DNA of 64,000 nucleotides from Orbicella franksi (Eukaryota): NCBI GenBank assembly GCA_964199315.1, contig OZ116699.1, positions 31,062,001 to 31,126,000 of the forward strand, read 5' to 3'. Shown piece by piece: positions 47,761 to 60,500 of this stretch (position 1 is its first letter; each line of letters starts with the position of its first letter). The notes under the pieces were generated by a model. It saw only the letters and a program-made list of their open reading frames with translations, ran no database searches and was not told where the DNA came from. The position numbers and the translations under genes were made by a program.

Positions 47761-49067
47761 CTTACTCACTATCTTTTTAACTTTTATAGGAAGGGAAAGG
47801 GGAATTTTTGGATGAAATTTCAAATCCATAAACGAATCTTGCAGCGATAGTGCTTTTTGAGTAGCTGATGTTATCGAACAGTTTATTTGTGACTAATTCC
47901 GTAAGAACACTAAAAAACGTGAAGGACTGAAACGAAAACCTCTTTCTAGGGCGTTCATGAGTACATTTAAAGTACAGTTTTGTCTCTCCAAAAAGAATTC
48001 AATGATCCTTTCTCCAGCCTTTTTTTTTCAAAATCGACTTTTTTTGACCTGAGTGTTGAAAGCTGCTAATTAGATTTTGTCCAAAAGAGCAATGAAACAG
48101 GCAGAAATTATAAATATAAACATTATGGCACTAGAATGAATTGCAAATTTGTTTTCTTACTTTATCCGGTTGCGTTATCAAATTTAAATGTTTAAGAACA
48201 CAATGTCTTGGCTTCGGAGACTAACAAGGGCGTGGCATCTCAACATCATTTTTAGTTATTTTAAAAAGTTTATTTTATTTTTTTTGCTGTGACACCCTGG
48301 TAGTTTGAAAAGAGCTTTTGAGCAAGAATTGCTGCTAAATCTTGCTGGTGCGTTGAAAAAACGTTTCACCGTTTTTTAGTATAGTTTAAGTCTAGAAACT
48401 TTATTGTTCAAAATGGGATGATGAATTTGATTTCGTGTACTTCTGTAACTTCCTTGCGATTTGGCGTAAATACATAAATAATAATAATAATGAAAAAATA
48501 TTGCAAGTTATTAGCCGGAAAAGGGACTAGACGCAATTACGTTGAAGCGATATCAATTTAAACAGACTTAAGGTTTTTTCGTCAGACAGCAGAGTTGCCG
48601 ACAAACAGATTGGTAGAAACCATGAGTGATGACTGACCAACTCACCTTTTATGTTTGAGAACTTGCTAGGGTGAGTCTTCTAACCTGAATAACTTTATAT
48701 ATAGAAAAAGGATACGAAAACAATAGGTTAAAATTTTACATAGGGCAAAAGTAATCAAGTATTTTTCGTCAAAATATCTAAGAAACAATTTTGATGTGTA
48801 AAAATGCTAAGCATTTAGATAGACGTATACGGGTCGTTTTTTCTTCGGTTTTTGGCAAACAGCGTGTTGTAATATTGACATTAAGAATGTCAACGCCCAA
48901 ACAAAATATATTAAAAATAATCACTTTGACACGTTAAAAACTGTCTTAATTGTATGTCATCTCTGGGAAGCAGCTCATAAAAACCCCAAATCGGAACAAA
49001 TCTTTCACAGGCAGCAGTTACGTTTCCAGATTGTGACAAGCAAAAGGCTGAACATTAGCCTTTTACT

Positions 49068-50454
49068 ATGAATCGTGGTGCGTTAGGTTTCTGCTTGGGA
49101 TCGTTGTTCCTGGTGTTGTTTTTGGCGTGCAAAACCTCAGCTAAGCACGGAGCGAGCACCAATGGAACTGGCTCGGGTCTCGTAGAGACAAAGAAATGTA
49201 ACAACGTGTACTTCTATGAAGCCCCCAACAAGAAGATTGAAAATCTCCTGCAAGAAATAATTGGACGCCTCGTTAAACTGCAAGATGATATGAACATGCT
49301 GAAAGGGAATAAGTCTGTTCAAAACCGTAAGTCGTGGACTGTATCATTCGTTGGCAATTTGAGTTTTCATTTTGTTTGGTTTTTTGAAGAGTTCAGGTTA
49401 CGAATTAGTCAGTCTGTAAACTAGCCATGTAATTAGAGTTTTTTCAATCTCGTCTCAAAAAATACAATTGCACTCTTTTCAGCACATTCGATATTTTATG
49501 CGGTAGCTTAAAAATTTCAAACAAAGTAAGGGAGGATGAGGGGAGCTCTTTTGTACGGTAAAAAGAAATCACTATGACGACAAATCGTTGAAGTGACAAG
49601 AAATGCTGTATTTTATTTCACAGCAAAGAAGAACTGTGCTGAGCTGTACAAATCTGGTGAAAAACTCAGTGGTGTTTATACAATCGACCCTGATGGTTCA
49701 GGTACCTTTGATGTGTTCTGTGACCAAACAACAGCCGGTGGGGGGTGGACAGTGTTCCAGAAGAGATTGGACGGCTCCGTTGATTTCTACCGCGGCTGGA
49801 GCGACTACAAGAATGGCTTCGGTAACCTGAATGGTGAGTTTTGGCCGGGACTGGACAAGATAAACCGCTTGACGAGAACAAAGAACGGACTTCGAGTAGA
49901 TCTGGAAGACACGACAGGCAAAACTGCTTACGCCGAGTACGACATGTTTGCAGTTACGAGCGAGAGGGCTAAGTACCAGCTCAGCATCGGAACTTACTCA
50001 GGTCCAAATTTTAATACCTTTTTTATCAGTGTCTATATGATTATTTCTTCCTAAGAAAATTTTTTCTTTGATTATTTGCTTTTTCTCTTGTTTTTAATAA
50101 CTTGGACTGCGGTCAAAAGTAATGACGTGAAAAAGCTTTTCCATTGTCCTCGATCTCATATGAAACATAATCCTATTCTCGCGTTCTGGTACAGGGACAG
50201 CAGGGGATTCACTTTCTGGTCATGGTGGTCAACCCTTCACCACCAAAGATCAGGATAATGACAGCTGGAGCAGTAACTGTGCTGTGGCCAACAAAGGAGC
50301 CTGGTGGTACGGTGCCTGTCATGCTTCCAACCTAAACGGTCTGTATCATCATGGCGCGCACTCATCAAGTGCTGATGGCGTCAACTGGTATCACTGGAAA
50401 GGACATAACTACTCCGCCAAGAGGGCTGAGATGAAAATCAGACCAGTGAATTAG
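49068..50454 (+). CDS. Secreted coiled-coil + fibrinogen C-terminal domain protein (FReD copy 4, 298 aa)
   Basis: Exons 49068-49326, 49624-50001, 50195-50454 (phases 1/1, 897 nt); signal peptide; short heptad segment [22 protein letters not shown]; full FReD motifs. The exon 2 donor (GTCCAA) is weak. Confidence 0.85.
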
Positions 50455-51719
50455 TATCGGAGCTTTCTTTATCGTTTCCCCCCTTTGAACGATAATCAAT
50501 ATTTTGGAGACAGAAAAAAAGATGACTGGATGATTAAAAATAACAGAGAAAAAGCACATTCTGTCGTTATTTTTGTTAATTCAATTCTGATGCATCAAAT
50601 CTGCGATTTTGACCACCAAAGTCTTCTCCCAACCCCACCCTAACGTATGAGCCGGCATTTTTCGACTTTCTTTAGGTAGGAGAAAGGCAACGGAATCAGC
50701 AAAGTCCTACAAGCTTTCCAGCGGTTATTTAACCGGTAGCATCTTCTGATTGGCTCATTACGGGTTCACTTCCGCACAAACAGCCCGATGTAAGTCATAA
50801 CAGGTGTGGGCCGGTTTGAAGAATTTCTGTCAAGTTCACATACTGAAACGAACAGGGGAAAAGGTGAGGGGAAAGTTTGAGGGGAGCGGTAGCAGGATGG
50901 AAATCTTGGGGCAGAATATGGTAAAATACTTCAAAAACGCTCTGTCCAACGTTTCTATAGAGAAACAATTGCAACCATCTGAGTATAATTTTCATTTCGA
51001 GGACGCCTATGCGAGTTTTAAATCGTCCCCTTTTCTCAACAAATGTTGCGAAATTGAACGCAATCAGTCTCGTGGCTTGTGCTTGGAAGAATTCACAAGG
51101 GAAACGTATAGTATCGATCAGAAAACTAAATAACCCTGGATAGGAAGAAACGGCTAATACAAAATATAACCGGAAGACAAACTATATTGGATGATTTCTC
51201 TCAGTTATGAAAATTTCAGTCAAATTTGGTCAGTTGGAGAAACTCCAACATAAGGTTGTTAAGGAATTTGGCAATTCTAAAAATAGACAGTTTCGTCGAG
51301 ATTTATTTCTTTGCGGTCACTCCGTAAATGTACTGTAACTTTTATATGCCATCGAAGAAAGGAAGACACCAAAATGATTCATTTAAGCGTTTGTTTCCTG
51401 ATCTCGAAAAACAAATTTCCCGAAACATAAAAATCGCGTTGAGTTGCAAGTTAAAAAAAAAGAATTTTTACCCTCCAGTTTAGACTTCATTTTCCGGAAA
51501 ACCTAATGAAATTTTGAATAGCCAGATCTATAAGCTTTAATTTGATGAACGGTTTATCTGTGATGTAATCGCGAGGCGCTACATCCGTTGGAATATCGGA
51601 GACACCCCATAAGGTACACGGTAATCTTAAAAAGTACTGCTTTATGAGTCTAGAGGATGTTTGGTCTAAACAAAAAGAAATTCACTACAAGCTGCTACAT
51701 TTTACAGCTAAACCAATAA

Positions 51720-51820
51720 TGAAATCAATTAGTCAATCAGTCAATCAGATAGTAAGTCAATCAATCAGACAATCAGTCAGACAGACACTCAGTCAGTCAT
51801 TCGGACAGTCAGACAGTCAA
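51720..51820. repeat. Degenerate (TCAA/TCAG/ACAG)n microsatellite
   Basis: Read directly from the sequence. Confidence 0.8.
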
Positions 51821-52427
51821 GGCAGACTGTTGTAGTTAGTTAGGCGTGGAGTAGCCCATTTTGTAATGCAGGGCCGCATATTTGAGATGATTTCTCAAAA
51901 ATGCGTGGCACATCCTTACTGCGCAAGATTTTCGGGTCGTTAGCGCGCACTCACGAGCGCGTGCACATACACAACATCAAGAGATTTCCTTCAAGCTAAA
52001 CTTCAAGCTGAACGCAAGGGGATGAGCATCGCTCTGGCCCGCGTTCTAAGAAAAATAACTCTTCTGCAAAAAATAAACGTCTGCAAAAAATAAACGTCTA
52101 TGGCAAGCTGGGCCTACGTGGATGAGAGAAAAAACATATGATTGGTGAGTCATTGCGGAGATTTTCTTGGGGGAGGGGAGGCATCTTTCTGGAATAGTGA
52201 AAATTACACCGGCCAAGTGAATTTTGAGAGTCACCCGATTGAATGGCGAGTATTGTCAGAATTTAGTTTCCAACACTGCATGTAGTCACGAAAGCTTTTG
52301 ATTTATTATTCCAAATAAATATGTTCAATATTACGTTCAAACGAGAAAGCAGACTACACTGCACACTTGTCTGAATCACTACCATTCTATGTTAATGTAT
52401 GAATGTCATTTTCGCAAAGGATACCAG

Positions 52428-52660
52428 AGGCCCGTTTGTCGAAAGCCCCGGAAGCCTTTCGGGCCCGCCAAGCCTTTATTTAATTAATCTGTATCTAAAA
52501 ACAGAGTGGTGTAAACGCCTGAAAGTTTTTGTATGGAGAGAACCTCTCTCACTGTTAAGAATGTGTGAATGAAAAAGCTCTGTAATCATAAGGTCTGAGA
52601 TTTTTCCACGGCTTTCGAGTGCGAAAACTTTTCGGAACCTTCGAGCAGTGGGCCTCGGGG
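52428..52660. mobile_element. MITE with imperfect TIRs
   Basis: gaggcccgtttgtcgaaagccccggaa at the left end; ttcggaaccttcgagcagtgggcctc at the right end. Confidence 0.55.
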
Positions 52661-53670
52661 ACGCTTACTGAAAAAAAAGCGCTAAATCAAATTTAGAAAG
52701 CCCAAACTTTGACATTTCACCAGCGGTAATATATAGTTACATTAATTAATACATATTTTCAAGTATCATCTACCTTATCTTGATTTTATGTAGAATTAGG
52801 GAAGGCCATATTGTAAACTACTGGGCAACCAGTAAATTATGTTACCCTCGTTAAATAAAGTCTTTTTGTTCTTTGGTTTTGTTTGCTCAGAGAATGATAT
52901 GACTGGCGGCACTATAGTACTAGGCCTTGATTCTCAAAGTAATTCTTTCGTTTCATATTAATGCAAATAAATAAAGCCGGGAAAAATATGTAAAGTTTCG
53001 AAGTTCTGTCCACGTGTTTCTCCCTTTATTAGTGGAGGAAGTCGGTCGAAAATGAAACCCACTTTAGGTGAAATTACACGTAAAGTCATGTTCCATTTAT
53101 ATAAGCTCGTCTTCAGTATACTGGAATGCATGCATACGTTTGATGTCACTATAAATATTGTTTATCTAGTCGGAAATATAAAGTAAAACAACGGAATACA
53201 GTTGAATGTAGCCTTTCGACCACCCGTTAATACGATCACCTCGAGCTCAAAATAAGGCTACATTTTTGACCCGAAGACAAAATTATGACTCCCTTCATCT
53301 TCTTCGATCAGACAAACCCCTCAACTTCAGTAGGCCCACCTTTTTAAAATCAAAAAGGGTCCTAAATGCACTAAAGGCTAAAAAAACATCCTAATTGTGC
53401 ATTTTTCCATGAGACTTGAAAATCAGTCAATCGTGGACAAAAGTCCTAGCTTTGGGACACTCACATGAAGTAACGAATTATCTGTGTTTTACTACTGAAG
53501 TTTGACAATTGCGCTGCTTTAATTACTTTTAAAAACGCGTAACTGTTCCCCCTCCCCACCCAATACAGTGTTGAAATCAGAAGAAATTGCAGGTACTAGT
53601 TTTCAACATTGTATCTAGGGTGGGGAGAGAGGTAAGGCAAGTAATTTTGTACGCGTCTGGTGTGTATGCA

Positions 53671-53933
53671 AATTACAAACTTTTCATGGAAAACGACAGT
53701 TGTTTCATTTAGAGAATTTTAATGAATTTACTGTTCCGCATTCTCAGACAAGGCGTGTCGTAGAACTAATATCCGAAGACCCCAAGAGCGCACAAGCTTT
53801 TGATGTATAGAGCCATTCATTTAATCCTAAACGTTTCCCAGGGCTACCTGAGTTCAAAGGCGGCGCATAGGAAAGACTGAAAGACGACATGGTTCGTGAT
53901 CGAGCCCAGGGCTAAAAAAAATTTATCAAAATC
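53671..53933 (+). repeat. 263-bp direct repeat, copy A
   Basis: Identical to 55674-55936 except for one A/G difference in the terminal A-run. Confidence 0.92.
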
Positions 53934-54575
53934 AGCCTCCTATTATGTTTGCACCTGACTAAGTCATGATAGTCAGAGTCGCGCATTGAGGCGTGGCCAG
54001 TTGTTCTATATGTTTGATAAAACACGACTGTAGTCTTTCATATTTTTGCGTTTGTTGTGAACGAATATTTCACGCCAGCGTGCCAAAAACAATAAAAAGA
54101 AAAAGTTAGAGACATAACACGCGAAGTAATCGAAAGCTTAAACGAAGACAAGGAATTAGGGACCCCAGTTTGACGCCGTTAAGCACCAAAATCAAATTAC
54201 CCTAGAGCAGTAGGGAGCCTTATTTTGTAGAAATACGGGGTGTTTCATCGAGCTCGCCTTTCCGCACAAAAATGAATCACCCTTGAGAGCTTTATTTTGT
54301 AAAATCAAACTGAACTGGTCACAGAACCCTAGTTGCATACGTGCGTGCTTTGTCTTTACTGTCCGAGAACCTTTAAGCCCATTTTGGAAGTTGATTTAAG
54401 GCTTAAAGAATTGTTTACCTTTTCTTTAACCCGACCAAGACATTATGATGGAAATTATACGGTTCCTTTAAATAGATCGTGATCCTACTGTTTGGTGAGT
54501 AATTCTACACCGCAAACTTAAAGCACGCCCTGGTGTTTCGCCGAACATAATCGCGTCAGCAGCGAAACTGACAAG

Positions 54576-57500
54576 ATGAAATACACCCTTCTCGCCCTGC
54601 TGACTGTCTTTGCTGTGGATTGTGCGGTGGTCAAGATCCCTTCCAAGCGCAATGAGCAAAGTAAGTAGCTTTGATTAGCGATACAATGATATGGAACGAA
54701 CTCTTGAACTTCAGTCGAAACTAAATCTTAATTAGCACGCGAAATCTTTTTCCTAGTGAATGCTTCAACAGCCTGATCAAAATTGTACTGATGATCTTAG
54801 TAAGTCATGATGTTAATTCCCCCTTACTGATAGCTAGAAACTTTTAACGAACGCCTCCAGGTTAGATTTTTTTCCATCTGTTAAATTGCCAATCGATATC
54901 AGTACAACATTAGAATTAAATCTTCGATACTGAAACACTGTGCAACAGAGTGCATGGGAGTGTTCTCTTCTCCTTGACTTAAAATCCCTATGTTATTGGC
55001 TCTCCTCATATCAGAAAAGAATGACACAAACATCTGCCTTCATCTCCTAAATATACCGCAAGTGTCCACTCAACCAAAAGAACCACAAAAATTTTGATAT
55101 TCTCTTTCCCAAGCGTGAAGACTACCCGAAACTTTTCACTTTCCTTCGAAAGCTAGCGACGACAGAATTCATGGGTGTTTCCCTAACGTAGTGACATCAG
55201 AAAGAAGTACAAATTTTCGAAACTACAGTAGTGATTCAGTGCGCTGGACTGTAAGTTAAAGAAACAAAGAATGATGAAAAAGCAATTTAACGATTTGCAA
55301 GAATTCACTCAATTTTTACATCTGAGACAAGTACATAGCCACTAATAAGAGAGTTTGAGACTATGCCCGTTAGTTCAGAATAACATTGCAATAAACAAAG
55401 AAAAATTCCCAGAATTTTTACTCAAAACAAAAGCGAAAAATGTCGCGACACCTAGGCTTTTTAAAGAAAGCCGTGCGCATGTTGTCCTATTTGTCAACTT
55501 GTCAACTTGTCAATTTAGATCTGCCAATATGCATCCTAAGTTGTCGTGACAAAAAAGTAGAAATCCACCGGAAAAAAAAAAGAAAAACAGGAAAATTCTG
55601 CTAAATGCAAAAGTGACGAGGTTCGAGGTTTTAATATTTACGGTGTTATATTCATGTTTTCACAATTAACAATAATTACAAACTTTTCATGGAAAACGAC
55701 AGTTGTTTCATTTAGAGAATTTTAATGAATTTACTGTTCCGCATTCTCAGACAAGGCGTGTCGTAGAACTAATATCCGAAGACCCCAAGAGCGCACAAGC
55801 TTTTGATGTATAGAGCCATTCATTTAATCCTAAACGTTTCCCAGGGCTACCTGAGTTCAAAGGCGGCGCATAGGAAAGACTGAAAGACGACATGGTTCGT
55901 GATCGAGCCCAGGGCTAAAAAAGATTTATCAAAATCTTCAAGATAGTTATGTTACCTGATTCGATGTATAATAGCAATATGTTCAGACGAGTTGCTGGAT
56001 CTGGGTTACCCGTCATATTACCCGTAATTGGTAAAGATAAAAAAAAATAACTGGAAAAAGAAAAAATTCTTTCGTGACCTAGGTTACATTCGTGTGGTGC
56101 TCGTATGTAATCGTATGTAATCGATTCTTTTACTTGTATGCTACCCGTTATACATAATTAGTCACTCGCATGTAACCTGCGATCATACCTTTCCTCCATT
56201 ATATTCAGACGTGGGGAAGTTATTCTTTTCTCCTTCTCCCTTTTCCCTTCTCCCTTGACAATCGCAGGTTAACTCGCATGTATCTGTATGTACCTGTGTG
56301 TTATTGGTATGATACAGAAATTGAATTTTATAATTATAGGTCAAAACACCGATAAAAGTCCGCAGAAGTTGGAAAGTTACGATTCTTTGGAAAACGAAAG
56401 GCGATCGCTAAATGAAGAGAAGATTGGTAGTGGGTCATCTATACTGCAACAGGTACATGGAACCTTTTTTGGGAGTTGGAATTTTGAACGAAATCGACCA
56501 GAATTGAATTTTAGTCTTAAAGTCTAAATCAAAAGAACGCATGACACTATGGTAATGAATAAAGGAACAAAAAGTTATGGTGATTGGGGTGGGGAGCGAT
56601 AATAATTCAATCAGTGTCTTCTCAATTCTTAGTCTCATATACAGTACATAATGATCTTAACTTAATTGTCATTTCAACCGTAGATAAATATTAAAGCAAC
56701 CACAACACGATCGAGTAGGAGGGAACACGTTACTTTGTTGCAACCCAAGTAGTAGCAAAGGAAATTTCGATAGCTAGGACAACAAGTAGAAATATATATA
56801 ATGTGGGATTCCAATTTGTTTAATTCAGAATTTGAACTCGATTTTCGTTCGTTACTGTTGTAGAACATTATCGAATTTAAGTTCAGCATAGTTCGATGCA
56901 ATTCAAAAATGGAACTTTTAAGGGCAAATGCTGGTATTCTTTAGACCTTAACGTCGTTTCTTTCATTGCTTGCAATATCAGGAGAGTGGCTCTATGAGGC
57001 GAATGGATCACTACCTACATTAAAAAAATTAAACTGCGAGACGAATGATTGGATGTTTCATTGGCATGGTTTCATGGTCAGACATTTGTCAAATACACAT
57101 TGAATTTACACTAAAACAAGGATTATATGTTATCATACATTAGAAAAGAGAAGATGCCGTACCTCCTGTGGATCCAGCAAGCATGGCGCTGGAAATAGGA
57201 GAGCAGGCTGTTAATAAACAGTTAGAGATCATGCAGGAACAACAGAAAAAGGCGGCAGAATTTGTCGACAAGAAGGTATTTTAGTGTTTGTGTATATTTG
57301 TTCCAGTTATATTCTCGGGGGTACATAGTAGGGGAGGAGAGAGGGGGAGTGGAGGCCACTCCTCTTCAGGTACATTTTCATAATATTGCACATTTCTCAG
57401 TGCTACTGACGATAACATGATTATCATTATTATTGAAAATCCATTGGTTAACTTTGTATTTCGTTTAGTATTTTTGCCTGTGCTTGGAAACACCTTCGTT

Positions 57501-60500
57501 CTACTTTCTTTAGTATTATTATTCACTACGCACCACTAGCTTTATTGCTTTCTCTTTGCCCCTGCATTCATAAATCAAGTTATAATTTAGCAACAGGTAC
57601 GCAAAAAAAAAAAAAGAAATAGTATAAAAAGGGTAAAATGCCGATTTATTCAACATCTTTGATACTGGTATGAGTGATAGAGGAAAATTCTGCCATGTCG
57701 ACTACTTTCATGGACAAATGAGTATGCTGCGACAACAGAATCCTGTCAACCTGGCTCAAATTCTATCAACGCTACCTTCGGTAGACTCTTCCCTTCTGCA
57801 GTTTAAAGCTATTCCCTTTAGCTAAATAGATATTTTTTCGTCAGACTTTTGCTAAAGAGTTCAAATCAAGGTCACGTTAAAATCCAACTGAACGAGTGAA
57901 ATATATGTCCCGCTTGTGTTTTCGTTATCGAACCTGTGTCTGTTTGTTTTTTTTCCCCTTAGAACTGCTCTTTAACGTCCCCTAGGAGCTTCAAGAAAGA
58001 AACAAAAAGCTTGGTCGAATAATTTGTTGCTTTCTCAAGATCATTACATTCTGCTGAACAACAACAATATATACAGAAATTAACAACAGAATTGAAAACC
58101 CACTTCCACCCTCTCAAAACATTCCCAACGCTACCGTCTAGAGCTCAGCGAGACACGTCTAGCTCAATGTATTCTAATTTCCGGTATTTTTAGATGAAAG
58201 TCAACATTATGCCTGACAAAGGGTGGAAAACAGAGGATTTGTTTGTTCCTCCTGGTTTTCACATTGACGCAGAAATAACAGGAGATGATAAAAAACCTCA
58301 CGGGGAAATTGGTGTCCAGCCATTTGCCTATCCAATGGGAGTTGGTGGACTCATGATGAATGGGTGTTTTGGTAGAGACTATCAGCCAGGTGATCCGTGT
58401 TATGCAGCTAAAAGGAAAACCACTATTTGTCTGGTAAGCATGCTGTGAGACATGTTTAATATCTATTCACTTTTCCTCTGAAGCTTAGACAAGTTTAAGA
58501 TCGAATATGATCAGCCTGAGTGATATAAGAAAACTCTCATGAATTATGAATCTATACCCAATCCCGTCATGATCCGTGCTGGCATCAAAGTAAACGTTAG
58601 TTAGAGATTTGAAGAAAACTGGCGGCGCGGTTTTTCATTGTGCAGTGCTTTCGGTTAATTATCTTACCGTCCACGGTTCACATTTATACTGCAGTATTTA
58701 CATAGATATGCCTCAGTATTTTATATAAATATGCTCCAGTCTACAATTTTTATTGGTACTCATTTTCGCAATAAAGGTGATGCCAAAGTCAATATCATTA
58801 TATCGAACACTGAGCTAAACACTCTTGAAACACGTTGTCGACGGAAAAGCCATGATAGTTAATGTTGTTTAGGATTCAGATAATGCAGAAAAGCCATAAT
58901 CTTCAACTTGAAATTGCTCAGGCATCAAAATAAGTGAAGTTATTGTTATTTTCACCCACGGTATAATTTTTTATATATATATTCTGTTCCATTTTTCTTA
59001 CGAGTCTCAAATCCAACCACACATGAAATAAATAGAGTGGCAACTTAAAGTACACTGCCAACCAGGGTATAGTTATCATCAGATGCTAAAGTATAAATGA
59101 TTTTGCCATAAAAAATCAAAAGTTTTTGTTTATTTTACTGTCCGCCAAGGCGGCTACTAAACTCTAAGAATGGAATGCATTTGATAAATTGCATTGAGTC
59201 ACATCTGTCCCTGATTGTATCTGTAAGAATCTTATTGATGGAGCTGCGTTTATCGGAGTGGGATTTGATGGCCGTGGTGACTTCAGTCCAGAATCAAGGA
59301 AGATGAGTATTGTACAAAGAGACTGCAAGGGTAAAGCAACGTAAGTACACTTTTAATTTTTCTCTGGATTTCTCTTGAATACCGTCAGTTTTTCTTTTTT
59401 CCTTTATTCCAATTGTAAATGGTTGCTTAGTTACCAAACGATTATTTAACATTTGTGGTCTGTACTTCGCTTTTATTGTCCGCCTGGAGATGTTACGCGG
59501 AATTTTTAATTTTTATTATTATTATTATTTTTATTTCTATTTTTTATTTATTTTATTTTATTTTTATTTTTTGGTTTTTGTTTTTGAAAACTGTAACCAA
59601 ATCGATGAATTTGGGCCCATGTAGGACAGCGTAATTGGGAAATGTAATTGCATTGGACGTGTGCACTTCAAACGTGTAAAAAGTGACAGAGTAATTATTT
59701 TATTTTTATACCGCTTAATAGGAACTTTGCATGTCAGCCTCAGTTATCATATCTTAGAACTAGTGACGTCATAGTTTATTCTGGCGCACTGATTACGATA
59801 AGTGCGCACTGTTTGTATCTGTGTGGACCTGAGTGGTGCGTGGTAGATCTTAGGGATAAGCGAATACTTCACTCTACTGAGTATATGTTAAAATTGCATT
59901 TAATATAGAGAAGGTGGGATCCCATGTTCATTTCCAAGTGCCAGGCCAAAATGCGGAGTGCAATTACGCCTTTTTCCGTCTCTGTCTGACTTCACAAATG
60001 ACAGTTTTGTTTGTGGTTTTAAGGTATGATGATTTTGATGTCCCTGACACCATGAACGTACACGGAGTTTATGACACCAGCGCTACAATGCAGACGTTTT
60101 ATGCTCGACGAGAGTACCAAACGTTTCTTCAACGAGAAGCGGGAATGGCGGGCTCTGCCTTTGGTTTCTACGCTGGTGTGAAAAAGGCCTGGGGAAGCTC
60201 ACTCACCAGTGGATCACAGCAATACATGGCGCTCTTTGCCATTGACATCGACAGGTGAGTGGAATGTCCATCTTAGCTTCTGTTCCGCGAGCATTTTGTT
60301 CAAAGCTTGCTGTCCTCAATTCCACCCTTTAGCAAACTGGATGTATACAGTACGTGAAATTAAGCTTTGCTTTTCTTCTTCTTCTTTTTTTTTGACGACA
60401 ATTATCTCAGAAAATGTCGTCCTTTTTCGTCATCAAACTAACACGTCGGCGACTTTTTGATTTTGATGTTTTTCAGGTACGAAATCTTTTTGGACGAAGT

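Noticed and set aside
56982-57076. Open phase 1-to-0 segment as an alternative MACPF exon 2
   Set aside because: Weak donor (GTCAGA), incompatible with inclusion after 56340-56452, and no homology support; only transcripts could rescue it as a mutually exclusive exon.
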